DNA from: Promethearchaeota archaeon
GTDB taxonomy: Archaea > Asgardarchaeota > Lokiarchaeia > Sigyniarchaeales > SOKP01
Reading direction: 5' to 3'
Length of the DNA: 28,626 nt
Assembly: GCA_008080735.1 (NCBI GenBank)
Contig: SHMW01000055.1
Span: 1-28,626 of the forward strand
Under the pieces are notes generated by a model. That model was not told the origin of the DNA, made no database searches, and saw only the letters and a list, made by a program, of their open reading frames with translations. This document shows positions 7,883 through 17,689 of the stretch, piece by piece; the first letter of the stretch is position 1, and every line of letters starts with the position of its first letter. Both the position numbers and the translations under genes were made by a program.

Positions 7883-8689
7883 ATGATGATATCAACCACT
7901 TCAGAACTCTCAATTTTAAAAGAAAAACAGGTATTTTTCTTTGATCTGGATGGCACCGTGTATTTAGGGAATAAGGTGTTTGATGGTGTGCTTGAATTAA
8001 TTCATTTATTAGAAAAAAGAGAGGATATTCAATTTTTTTTCCTTTCGAATAATTCCAGTCGATCTACTTCCGACTATCTTACAAAATTAGATAAATATGG
8101 GCTGAGTGTTGATGAGAATCATATTATTTTGTCGCAACATCCGACCATTGACTATCTCAAAAAAGAAGGCTTTAAGAAGCTCTTTCTTATGGGAACTACC
8201 TCATTGAAAAAAGAATTCGAAAAGAAAGGATTCCAGCTAACAGAGGAAGAGCCCGAGATTTTAGTTTTGGGCTTCGATCAAGAATTGACTTATGAGCGAC
8301 TGGTGCGAGCGTCTTATTTTCTTCAAGACGGAATTCCCTATATCGCCACCCATTTAGATAATCGCTGTCCCACAGAAAAGGGCTATATTCCAGATGCGGG
8401 GGGCATTGCTGCCCTTCTCAATAAGACTGTGGATCGTATGCCTCGTGTATTTGGCAAACCAAATAAGGAAATGTTGTTATTTAAGCTGAATAATTTACAG
8501 ATCTCACCGGATAAAGCAGTGATGTTCGGAGATCGCCTTTATACAGATATAAAAATGGGATTAAATGCCGAAGTTACGACTTGTTGTGTTCTATCTGGAG
8601 AAAGCAGCCTTAATATGATAAAAAAGAGTGAGAGTCAACCTGATCTCATCATTGAAGGAATCTGGAAGGTGCGAGATGTATTGCAGTAA
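7883..8689 (+). CDS. HAD-superfamily hydrolase, subfamily IIA (NagD-like)
   Basis: FDLDGTVY, LSNNS, GKP, GDRLYTDI, VLSGE motifs. Confidence 0.92.
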   Translation: MMISTTSELSILKEKQVFFFDLDGTVYLGNKVFDGVLELIHLLEKREDIQFFFLSNNSSRSTSDYLTKLDKYGLSVDENHIILSQHPTIDYLKKEGFKKLFLMGTTSLKKEFEKKGFQLTEEEPEILVLGFDQELTYERLVRASYFLQDGIPYIATHLDNRCPTEKGYIPDAGGIAALLNKTVDRMPRVFGKPNKEMLLFKLNNLQISPDKAVMFGDRLYTDIKMGLNAEVTTCCVLSGESSLNMIKKSESQPDLIIEGIWKVRDVLQ

Positions 8690-8940
8690 GTTAATTTGCT
8701 ACACTGGGATAGAAAAACTACATTCGTAAATCGAATCGAGTGTGATTTTTTGGTAGTTTTGTTTCAAATTCGCCAGAAAATGTGATATATAGTCTATATA
8801 AACGATAATTTTTATTTTTTAAGCAAAATTAATAAATATAAATTATAATTTTAACAGAATGCGAATATATAATAATTTGAGATATATATTCATTTTAAAT
8901 TGTAATTCAATTTCACATAATTAAAAGGTTAGAAGTAGAG

Positions 8941-11676
8941 ATGGCAACTACAGAAAATGAAAAATTTGTATATGGTTTTTCTGAAGGAAAGAAAGAATTG
9001 AAAAGCCTCTTGGGAGGAAAAGGTGCGAATCTGGCGGAAATGACGAATATGGGCCTGAACATTCCTCCAGGATTTGTTATTACCACCGAAGCATGTTTGA
9101 ATTATTTCGATTATCCCAAAGAGACAATGGAGAAATTACGTCCTATTGTATTAGATTATCTCAAAAAATTGGAAGAGCAAACGGGCAAGAAATTTGGAGA
9201 TATAAGTAATCCGCTCTTGGTGAGTGTCCGTTCTGGAGCTCCTATGTCCATGCCAGGAATGATGGATACTGTATTAAACCTCGGATTAAACGATGAGAGT
9301 GTTCAAGGCTTAGCAAGACAAACAGATAATCCTCGTTTTTCCTACGATTCTTATCGGCGCTTTATCCAAATGTTTGGAGATGTAGTGATGGGGATCAGTG
9401 ATGAGAAATTTGAGAGGATTTTAAATCAATATAAACGTGAAAAGGGAAGAAACGCGAAAGACACTGATTTAGATGTAAAAGATCTCCAAAAAGTAATTGC
9501 TGATTATAAAGCATTGTATGAAAAAGAAATCGGTACTCCCTTCCCTCAAGATCCATTTGATCAACTCTTTTTAGCCATCGAGGCAGTCTTTAAATCATGG
9601 AATAATAAACGAGCGATTACCTATAGAAAAATCAATAATATTCCTAATTTTGGAACTGCGGTAAATATTCAAACTATGGTATTCGGGAATAAAGGATGGG
9701 ATTCGGCTACGGGTGTCGCATTTTCACGCGATCCTTCAACGGGAGAAAAAATGCGATTCGGAGAATATTTAAAGAATGCGCAAGGAGAGGATGTTGTTGC
9801 GGGAATTCGAACCCCGAAGAAAATCGAAGATATGAGTGAAGACTTTCCAGAGGTCTATAACGAATTAATGAATACCCTCGAGAAATTAGAGCGCCACTAC
9901 AGGGATATGCAGGATATCGAATTTACAATCGAGGATGGCGAACTGTTTATATTACAAACTCGAGATGGTAAGAGAACCCCCTCAGCTGCGGTGAAAATTG
10001 CTGTTGATATGGTCAAGGAAGGACTCATTTCAAAAGAAGAGGCGATAATGAGCGTAGATGCGAAAAAGATCTCAAAATTGTTATTCAAAAGTATTGATGA
10101 AAATGCCATCGTTCATGTACTTGCTCACGGTATTAACGCCTCTCCTGGAGCTGTGTCGGGTATTACGATATTTGATGCGGATACAGCAGAAGAAATGGCC
10201 AATGAAAGCGAGAAAGATATAATTTTAGTACGTCCTCAAACCAAACCCGAAGATGTTCATGGTTTATATGCCTCTTCCGGTGTGTTGACTCAATTTGGAG
10301 GGAAAACCTCTCATGCTGCGGTCGTGGCGAGGGGAATGGGTAAGCCGGCAGTAGTAGGGGTTCAAGACATTGAAATTGATACCGAGGACAGAGAGTTTAG
10401 AGTCGGTGAGACGGTGGTAAAAGAAGGCGACTACGTCACTATTGACGGAACCACGGGTAGAGTTATCGAAGGTAGAGTACCTTTAATAGAACCCGAAATT
10501 AAGGGAGAGTTTCTTGAATTACTTGAAATAGCGGATGAGATTAGGAAGATTGGGGTACGTGCGAATGCTGATACACCTTTGGATGCAGAAAAAGCTTTGG
10601 ATTTTGGCGCAGAAGGAATAGGATTGACACGAACAGAACATATGTTTATGGCCCAAGAACGATTACCGGTCGTTCAGAGGATGATATTAGCCCGAACAAA
10701 AGAAGAGAGGAAAGATGCCTTAGACAAAATATTACCAATGCAAAAAGGGGATTTTTATGATATCTTTAAAAAAATGAAGGGTAAACCAGTGACCATTCGA
10801 CTATTGGACCCACCATTACATGAATTCTTACCTTCACTCTCAGAAGTACTCTTGGAGACGCAAGAACTCAAAATGACGAATTCTCTTTCCAAATCACTAC
10901 TCAACACTAGTCCCTTAGATCAAGAATTAAAGGAAAAAGATAAATATATCACGTTAATTCGCTCTCTTTCCGAAGAAAATCCTATGATGGGCTTACGAGG
11001 TTGCCGTTTGGGTATAGTTTGGCCGGAAATAAACGAGATGCAAGTTAGGGCAATATTTCAAGCAGCTTGCGAATTAAAACAAGAAGGAATCGATGTAAAG
11101 CCCGAGGTTATGATCCCGTTAATTGGTATGATTTCAGAGCTTAAATTGGTAAAAAACCAACTGGTAAACGTCGCTCAAGAGACCATTGATAGTTATGATG
11201 TTGATTTAGAATACAATTTTGGAACTATGATCGAAATCCCTCGAGCCGCCCTTACTGCAGATGAAATTGCCGAAGAAGCCGAATTCTTTAGTTTTGGGAC
11301 TAATGATCTCACACAAATGACATATGGATTCTCTCGAGATGATGCGGAAAGTAAATTCCTACCGATTTACTTGAATAAAGAAATCATAAAGGAAAATCCC
11401 TTTGAGATCTTGGACCAAAAAGGAGTCGGAGAATTAATGAAAATTGCGATTGAAAAAGGGAGAAAAACAAGACCAAACCTCAAGTGTGGTATTTGTGGTG
11501 AGCATGGTGGAGAGCCTCAATCCATACACTTTGCGAATGCAATCGGTTTGGATTATGTGTCATGTTCCCCATACAGGATTCCTGTAGCTCGCATCGCCGC
11601 AGCTCAAGCTGCAATTGAAGAGAAAAACGTAAAGGAAGGAAAAAGAGGAAAGATTTCTGTAGAGGTCTCTGAATAA
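8941..11676 (+). CDS. ppdK: Pyruvate, phosphate dikinase
   Basis: LGGKGANLAEM, SVRSGA.SMPGMMDT, GGKTSHAAVVARG (phospho-His), FSFGTNDLTQ, CGEHGG. Confidence 0.98.
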   Translation: MATTENEKFVYGFSEGKKELKSLLGGKGANLAEMTNMGLNIPPGFVITTEACLNYFDYPKETMEKLRPIVLDYLKKLEEQTGKKFGDISNPLLVSVRSGAPMSMPGMMDTVLNLGLNDESVQGLARQTDNPRFSYDSYRRFIQMFGDVVMGISDEKFERILNQYKREKGRNAKDTDLDVKDLQKVIADYKALYEKEIGTPFPQDPFDQLFLAIEAVFKSWNNKRAITYRKINNIPNFGTAVNIQTMVFGNKGWDSATGVAFSRDPSTGEKMRFGEYLKNAQGEDVVAGIRTPKKIEDMSEDFPEVYNELMNTLEKLERHYRDMQDIEFTIEDGELFILQTRDGKRTPSAAVKIAVDMVKEGLISKEEAIMSVDAKKISKLLFKSIDENAIVHVLAHGINASPGAVSGITIFDADTAEEMANESEKDIILVRPQTKPEDVHGLYASSGVLTQFGGKTSHAAVVARGMGKPAVVGVQDIEIDTEDREFRVGETVVKEGDYVTIDGTTGRVIEGRVPLIEPEIKGEFLELLEIADEIRKIGVRANADTPLDAEKALDFGAEGIGLTRTEHMFMAQERLPVVQRMILARTKEERKDALDKILPMQKGDFYDIFKKMKGKPVTIRLLDPPLHEFLPSLSEVLLETQELKMTNSLSKSLLNTSPLDQELKEKDKYITLIRSLSEENPMMGLRGCRLGIVWPEINEMQVRAIFQAACELKQEGIDVKPEVMIPLIGMISELKLVKNQLVNVAQETIDSYDVDLEYNFGTMIEIPRAALTADEIAEEAEFFSFGTNDLTQMTYGFSRDDAESKFLPIYLNKEIIKENPFEILDQKGVGELMKIAIEKGRKTRPNLKCGICGEHGGEPQSIHFANAIGLDYVSCSPYRIPVARIAAAQAAIEEKNVKEGKRGKISVEVSE

Positions 11677-11947
11677 TTAATTACTTTCCCCTTTAATTTT
11701 TAACATAAATTAGTTTTTGTATTTTGTTAAATTCCAAATTCTATGGTAAAAATCCATTAATGATTCATTTTCCAATAATAACCGTAATTCTTAACAATTG
11801 TATAATATAATTTATAATTATTATTTTTTCATTTTCAAACCTATTCACACCAATTTTATATATGTTTCTCTTTCCATTTTCTAAATTCATAAAGATTTTA
11901 TCAATTACAACATTACAAAACCCATAGTTATTCGGAGTTTTTATATC

Positions 11948-13048
11948 ATGTCATTATCTTTAGATGAAAAAATTGAATTACTTAAAGAAGTGGGAGAGGA
12001 GATCATCGAATTGGATGATCTACGCGAAATGTTGCGATGGAAGGAAGAGCATAATAAAGAAATTATCGCATATGACGGTTTTGAACCTTCGGGGAATATT
12101 CATATTGCCCAGGGGCTACTAAGAGCGATTAACGTGAATAAACTTACCAAGGCTGGGGTTAAGTTCAAATTCCTAGTGGCCGATTGGCATGCTGCCGCAA
12201 ATCAAAAATTCGGTGGAGATCTTGAGGTCATCAAAAAAGTCGGAGATTTTTTCATTGAAGTTTGGAAAGTGTGTGATATGGATTTAAGCCAAGTCGAATT
12301 TATCTATGCTTCCGAATTAGTTAAAAATTCCGAATACTGGGAATTGGTCTTAAAAATCGCGATAAATAATACATTAAATCGAATCATAAGATGTACCCAA
12401 ATTATGGGAAGAGAGGAGTCTGAAGCGTTATCAGCATCGCAAATCCTCTATCCCTTGATGCAAGCTGCGGATATTTTTTACCTTGATGCTGACATTTGTC
12501 AATTAGGATTAGATCAAAGAAGAGTTAATATGCTCGCAAGAGAAGTTGCGAGTGTACTAAATCGACCAAAACCGGTGGCAATTCATCACCATATGCTTAT
12601 GGGTTTACTTTCACCTCCCGATTCAGAGGCTGAGGGGGTTGATCGAGTAATAAAACTAAAGATGTCAAAATCCAATCCCGATTCTGCGATCTTTATGTTG
12701 GATAGTGCGAAAGATGTTAAGAGGAAGATAAATAAGGCCTATTGTCCACCCGAACAAGCATCAGATAATCCAGTCTTAGAATATTGTAAATATATCATTT
12801 TTGAATTAGTGGATAATTTTTATGTGGAACGACCAGTAAAATACGGTGGCGATGTAGAATATTCCTCTTATCAAGAACTAGAAGAAGCTTATGTACAAGG
12901 AGATCTGAGTCCGCCTGATTTAAAGCCTGCGGTTTCCAAATATATTAATCAATTTCTAGAGCCCGTCAGAAAACATTTCGAGACTAATGATAAAGCCAAA
13001 AAACTATATCAATTTGTTCAAAAAGAATACAAGAAGTATCATCAATAA
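11948..13048 (+). CDS. tyrS: Tyrosine--tRNA ligase, archaeal type
   Basis: YDGFEPSG, HIAQ (HIGH-like), YPLMQAADI, GLDQR, KMSKS. Confidence 0.95.
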   Translation: MSLSLDEKIELLKEVGEEIIELDDLREMLRWKEEHNKEIIAYDGFEPSGNIHIAQGLLRAINVNKLTKAGVKFKFLVADWHAAANQKFGGDLEVIKKVGDFFIEVWKVCDMDLSQVEFIYASELVKNSEYWELVLKIAINNTLNRIIRCTQIMGREESEALSASQILYPLMQAADIFYLDADICQLGLDQRRVNMLAREVASVLNRPKPVAIHHHMLMGLLSPPDSEAEGVDRVIKLKMSKSNPDSAIFMLDSAKDVKRKINKAYCPPEQASDNPVLEYCKYIIFELVDNFYVERPVKYGGDVEYSSYQELEEAYVQGDLSPPDLKPAVSKYINQFLEPVRKHFETNDKAKKLYQFVQKEYKKYHQ

Positions 13049-13080
13049 GTATTAATTCAATACAATGAGGTGTTCCAACC

Positions 13081-13725
13081 TTGACGAAGTATAAAATGCT
13101 TGCGATAGGAGATCCTCATATTCCAAGGCGAGCTAAACAAATTCCCGAATCTATTATGGATAAGATAAGTGAATTAAGCTCGTCCCGCATGTTTGATTAT
13201 ACTTTTTTTACAGGAGATTTGATAGATTATCCAGAATTTCTTGAATTCCTCGCTTCAAATACAAAAAAAGAAATATTTACTGTTATGGGAAATATGGATT
13301 ATTATGCGGGAAACAGAGATGCCCCGCTGTTTGAACACCTTACACTTAAATTGAATGACACCAACGAATCTCTATTGAAGATTAGCATAACGCACGGAGA
13401 TCAAATTCAACAGAGGGGCAATCATCACCAACTTGAAGAAGTGGCAAGGGAAAACGGATCCCACATATTAATATCAGGACATACTCACCAAGAAGAGGTC
13501 TTCCTTACTAAAAAAGGAACTTTATTAGTCAATCCTGGAAGCGTGACAGGAGCGTGGTCGTTCATTGCCAGTGGAATACCCTCCTTTATCATTTTATCCA
13601 TCAATACCGAAAATAAAGATATTAAAACTACACTCTTCCAACTAGATCAAAAGAAGAGAAAGATAAATCAAAAAAACTTCTATTTTATCTTCCAAAGTAA
13701 TCAGATTAAAGAGAAATATCGCTGA
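13081..13725 (+). CDS. Vps29/YfcE-family metallophosphoesterase
   Basis: GDPHIP, TGD, GNMD, THG, ILISGHTH, NPGS motifs; TTG start with GAGGTG SD. Confidence 0.88.
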   Translation: MTKYKMLAIGDPHIPRRAKQIPESIMDKISELSSSRMFDYTFFTGDLIDYPEFLEFLASNTKKEIFTVMGNMDYYAGNRDAPLFEHLTLKLNDTNESLLKISITHGDQIQQRGNHHQLEEVARENGSHILISGHTHQEEVFLTKKGTLLVNPGSVTGAWSFIASGIPSFIILSINTENKDIKTTLFQLDQKKRKINQKNFYFIFQSNQIKEKYR

Positions 13726-13824
13726 TATGTGGAAGATCGAAAATTTTCTTTATTGATTTTCGACAAAGTTTTGATCATTTGGTAAAAAATATATTCCTTG
13801 TTGATTTATATACGTTGAGTTAGT

Positions 13825-14952
13825 ATGTCGAATATTCATTTTAATGAAGAAAAAGGATCAGAATTAAAATTATTTACTCCGGGACCTGTCTATATTCCCG
13901 AGAGGATTCTGGAAGAATTAGCAAAACCCAACGACACACATCGCTCTCAACCTTATGAAGAGATGCACAAAAAGGTAAAAGAAGGACTTCAAGAACTATT
14001 ATATACAGATAATGAATGTCTTATATTTACCTCAAGTGCGACCGGCGTTATGGAAGCGTGTGTGAGGAACCTCATAAAGAAAGATGAAAAAGGGCTATTT
14101 TTATCCATTGGAGCATTTGGCGACCGATGGCATAATATTGGAGAAAAAAACGGAAAAAATGCTGTAAAACGAGGAGTTGAATGGGGTAAAGCTCTTAAAC
14201 CCGAATTAATCAAAGAATTCCTCGAAGAGGATGATTATGCGGTAATATGCCTACAAGCGAACGAAACATCAACTGGAGTGTATAATCCAATCGATGAAAT
14301 TATCCCAATTATCAAAGATTCCGGCGCTTTAGTGTGCGTTGATGCTACTTCTTCGATGGCAGGTGTAAAAACCGAGATCGATAAACTTGGTATTGACGTC
14401 TGTTTGGCATCCGTTCAGAAATGTTTTGCGCTCCCACCCGGACTCGCATTGGCATCTATATCTGAAGATGCATTTGAAAAAGCAAAAGATGTTGAAAATC
14501 GAGGCCATTACTTTGATTTTGTATATTTTCAAAAAAAAAGTGCCGCGAACCAAACACCTACAACCCCGCCAATTCCACAAATAAGAGCCCTAACTTCGCA
14601 ATTAGACTACATCCTTAACCAAGAAGGTTTAGAAGAACGATTTACACGTCACACGCAATTGGGGAAGAGAACAAGGATATGGGCGCGAGATATGAATCTT
14701 GAAATGTTCTCGGAAAGTGGATATGAATCAAATACGGTATCTACGATGAAAAATTCCTTGAATTTGGATTATGCAAAAATGGTTAAACAAATGCTTTCAA
14801 AAGGGTATCGAATTGTAAATGGATACGGATCCCTTGCAAATGAGACCTTTCGAATTGGTCATATGGGAGAAATTTCGATAAAAGAATTAGAAAAAATGCT
14901 TGAGATTCTCACGGACATAATTTCCGGGTTGCGATTAGATAAATTAGATTAA
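13825..14952 (+). CDS. Class V PLP aminotransferase (serine/alanine-glyoxylate or phosphoserine aminotransferase-like)
   Basis: FTPGP, HRS, NETSTGV, VDATSS, SVQKCFALPPGL (PLP Lys), FRIGHMG. Confidence 0.9.
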   Translation: MSNIHFNEEKGSELKLFTPGPVYIPERILEELAKPNDTHRSQPYEEMHKKVKEGLQELLYTDNECLIFTSSATGVMEACVRNLIKKDEKGLFLSIGAFGDRWHNIGEKNGKNAVKRGVEWGKALKPELIKEFLEEDDYAVICLQANETSTGVYNPIDEIIPIIKDSGALVCVDATSSMAGVKTEIDKLGIDVCLASVQKCFALPPGLALASISEDAFEKAKDVENRGHYFDFVYFQKKSAANQTPTTPPIPQIRALTSQLDYILNQEGLEERFTRHTQLGKRTRIWARDMNLEMFSESGYESNTVSTMKNSLNLDYAKMVKQMLSKGYRIVNGYGSLANETFRIGHMGEISIKELEKMLEILTDIISGLRLDKLD

Positions 14953-14987
14953 ATAGTCAAAAATTTTATTTACTAATAATTTTTTAC

Positions 14988-15129
14988 CATTTTTCACACA
15001 GAAAGCCATTTTCTTTAGGGAATGGATGAATGTGTGTGAAAATCATTAAACTTAAGTAGTTATATCCTTTTTATCCAATCTAAGGTAATAAATTCATTAT
15101 GGAATATCGATTAGGGGCTGGTATTTCAA
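14988..15129 (+). mobile_element. Internally deleted non-autonomous IS200/IS605-family relic (PATE/MITE-like)
   Basis: TTAC at 14984-14987; AAAG at 15002-15005 at the foot of hairpin CCATTTTC-TTTA-GGGAATGG; outer IR TTTTCACACA/TGTGTGAAAA; micro-ORF start MEYRL at 15099; right-end-like TTAGGGGCTGGTATTTCAA ending at 15129. Confidence 0.65.
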
Positions 15130-15174
15130 CTTAAAATAGTTATCGATAAGGAAAAAAATAGATATATTGGGTTT

Positions 15175-15579
15175 TTAATCTAATACTAGAATTTTTGGTA
15201 ATTTAAGTAAAAGCCCTAAGTTGTATCCTGTAGTACCTTTTGAGAATCGCAATTTTCTATCTCCAAATTGATTTTTCTTCAATACCATATGAAGGACAGA
15301 ATTTTCTCCATTAGAGAAATACATGAGATCTTCCGGTGCCGCTTTGATCTCTAAATCACATTCATCTAATCTACCCCGCGATAATTCAAACTCTCCATCT
15401 TTTCCCACCAAGTTTAACCAAAAATAATAATCCTCGGAAATTTGGAGCCCCATATTAATTCTGGCATCAAAATCGTTTAAAAGGGTTTCATATTTTTTCA
15501 TCCCTTTTTTTTCCTTAATTATACTTTCAATTACCGCATTAAACGTTTCATATAGGTTTTGTTTTTCATTTTCTTTCAT
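15175..15579 (-). CDS. Hypothetical protein, probable divergent SCP2-like fold
   Basis: Pattern ...FWLNLVGKDGEFELSRGRLDECDLEIKAAPEDLMYFSNGENSV resembles the SCP2 core; ATG 15579 has GGTGG upstream (the track starts at 15639). Confidence 0.55.
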   Translation of the reverse strand: MKENEKQNLYETFNAVIESIIKEKKGMKKYETLLNDFDARINMGLQISEDYYFWLNLVGKDGEFELSRGRLDECDLEIKAAPEDLMYFSNGENSVLHMVLKKNQFGDRKLRFSKGTTGYNLGLLLKLPKILVLD

Positions 15580-15908
15580 ATTCAATTCGACCACCATAGA
15601 AGACGTGCTTGTGCTCTTGCTTTTTCCACATTTATGCACGTTTACAATAATTTCATTTAATTTTAAATTGCTTAAGAAGATTTACCTTAAACTCATATAT
15701 TAATCTTTAACCCTTTACTGAACAAGCATTTTATCAACCCAGATTTTTCGAATGTCATCAATAATCTCATTTATTCTTTTTTGAAGAAACCAATGCATTT
15801 CAAAAAAATAAGTAGAAAACATATAAATAACTAATTTATTATTTTAACAAATACCTCTACAAAAACTTCTTCAATTTGATCTAAAATTAGTCATTTAAGT
15901 ACGGAATT

Positions 15909-17642
15909 ATGAGTATTTCATCTAAAGAAAAGGATGCCCTAAAAAATCTCCAAATTGAGATCGGAGGAAATATTCCCCACGTTGATGAACTAAAATCTTA
16001 TACTATCGGTTATCAAACCAAAAATAATAATGTATCTGGGTTGTGTTTATTTTCTTGTGGATTAGATACAATTCCTAAAGAGATAGAGCAGTTAGATCAA
16101 TTAGAAACACTTTATTTACGGGGAAATAACGTCATAGACTTTTCCGAAATCACCTGCACATTAAACTTATTGAAATCCATAGATATTAGCGAAAATCGAC
16201 TGCACTATATCCCAGATACGATCATCTCTCTCGATGCTTTAGAGGAATTACATATTGAAACTAATAATTTAAAACACCTTCCCGAAAATATTGGAAAACT
16301 CAGAAACCTTGAATATCTAGATATTAGCGGCAACAAATTAACAGAGCTCCCAGAGTCGATTAGCAATTTGGATAAATTAAAGTTTTTAGATTTGAGTAAT
16401 AATGAAATAAATAAATTACCGCGCTCTATTGGTGCTTTACATTCACTTCAGTTTCTTTATCTTGGAAATAATAACTTAAGAACGCTTCCAGAATCAATTG
16501 GATTTTTAAAGTCGTTAAAACGACTCAATATTCGCAAAAATCTCCTTAATCAGTTACCCAAATCTTTCGGTTCTCTCACATCATTGACATCGTGCTTTTT
16601 AAAAGGCAATAATTTAAAGACTCTTCCTGAATCGATTGGTGGTTTAACTAGCCTAAAATATTTAGGAATAAATTCTAATAATTTAGAAGCCATTCCAGAC
16701 TCTATTGGGTTATTGGATAAATTGGAAAATTTGAGCTTAGGCAATAATGAGCTCACATCTATACCCAAAACGATAGGAAAGCTAAAATCGTTACTTCGCT
16801 TCGACATTCAAAACAACGGAATCAAATCTCTTCCGGCTACATTAGGAGAGTTGAAATTATTAAATTACTTTTGGGCAAATAATAATGCTATAGAGGTATT
16901 GCCCTCCTCCATTGGTAATTTAAAATATCTTTCTTCATTAGATTTAAAACAAAATCAACTAAAAGAGTTGCCCGAAAGTATTGGTAAACTGAGTTCCCTT
17001 TTTGAACTCGATTTATATGATAATAAATTAGAACATCTTCCAAACTCTATCGGTCAACTTGATAATTTGGAGATATTAGATCTTAGTAGTAATAAGTTAT
17101 TAGATCTTCCCGAAACAATTTGTCAATTAAAATCCCTCAAAGAATTAGATTTGTCAACGAATAAAATTAGAACAATCCCTCATTGTATCGGAAAGTTATT
17201 TGACTTAAAGAACTTAATCTTGGGATTCAATAAGCTTAAAGAAATTCCCGAATCTATAGGAAAACTAGAAGAGCTAGAGACTCTTGACTTGGGTAAAAAC
17301 CTTCTTAAAAGCGTTCCAGACTCAATTGGAAATCTCGCTGCTTTAAAATTCTTATATCTGTATTATAATAATCTTAAAAAGATGCCAGATTCAATTAATT
17401 CTTTGACGGAATTAGAATATATCAACCTAAGTAATAATGAGATTGAAAGTCTTCCAGAATCCTTAGAATCTCTAAAAAAGGTCGAATACTTTCTTATTAA
17501 ATCCAATAAATTAACTCACCTCTCAGAATCAGTTAAGGAAATGGAGGCCTTGAAGCATTTAGATGTAGAAAGGAATAATATTCGAGAAGAACCAAAATTT
17601 TTTAGTGAATTAAGAGAGCAAGGAGTAAAGATAATTAAATAA
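15909..17642 (+). CDS. Leucine-rich repeat protein (about 22-23 repeats of 23 aa)
   Basis: Regular LxxLxLxxNxLxxLPxSIGxL repeats across almost the whole protein; no signal peptide or TM seen. Confidence 0.95.
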   Translation: MSISSKEKDALKNLQIEIGGNIPHVDELKSYTIGYQTKNNNVSGLCLFSCGLDTIPKEIEQLDQLETLYLRGNNVIDFSEITCTLNLLKSIDISENRLHYIPDTIISLDALEELHIETNNLKHLPENIGKLRNLEYLDISGNKLTELPESISNLDKLKFLDLSNNEINKLPRSIGALHSLQFLYLGNNNLRTLPESIGFLKSLKRLNIRKNLLNQLPKSFGSLTSLTSCFLKGNNLKTLPESIGGLTSLKYLGINSNNLEAIPDSIGLLDKLENLSLGNNELTSIPKTIGKLKSLLRFDIQNNGIKSLPATLGELKLLNYFWANNNAIEVLPSSIGNLKYLSSLDLKQNQLKELPESIGKLSSLFELDLYDNKLEHLPNSIGQLDNLEILDLSSNKLLDLPETICQLKSLKELDLSTNKIRTIPHCIGKLFDLKNLILGFNKLKEIPESIGKLEELETLDLGKNLLKSVPDSIGNLAALKFLYLYYNNLKKMPDSINSLTELEYINLSNNEIESLPESLESLKKVEYFLIKSNKLTHLSESVKEMEALKHLDVERNNIREEPKFFSELREQGVKIIK

Positions 17643-17689
17643 ACCCTTTTTATAATTGATTAGAAAATTTCGCACTTTCAATTTATACT

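Noticed and set aside
11862-11927. Short ORF MFLFPFSKF... upstream of tyrS as a leader peptide
   Set aside because: No Tyr codons, ATG overlaps the TATA-like box, no hairpin; a reminder that Phe-rich micro-ORFs can arise by chance in AT-rich DNA
14995-15036. SECIS-like reading of the hairpin containing AUGA/GA
   Set aside because: AUGA is on the 3' side and neither flanking gene has an in-frame UGA; IS200/IS605 end features explain it better
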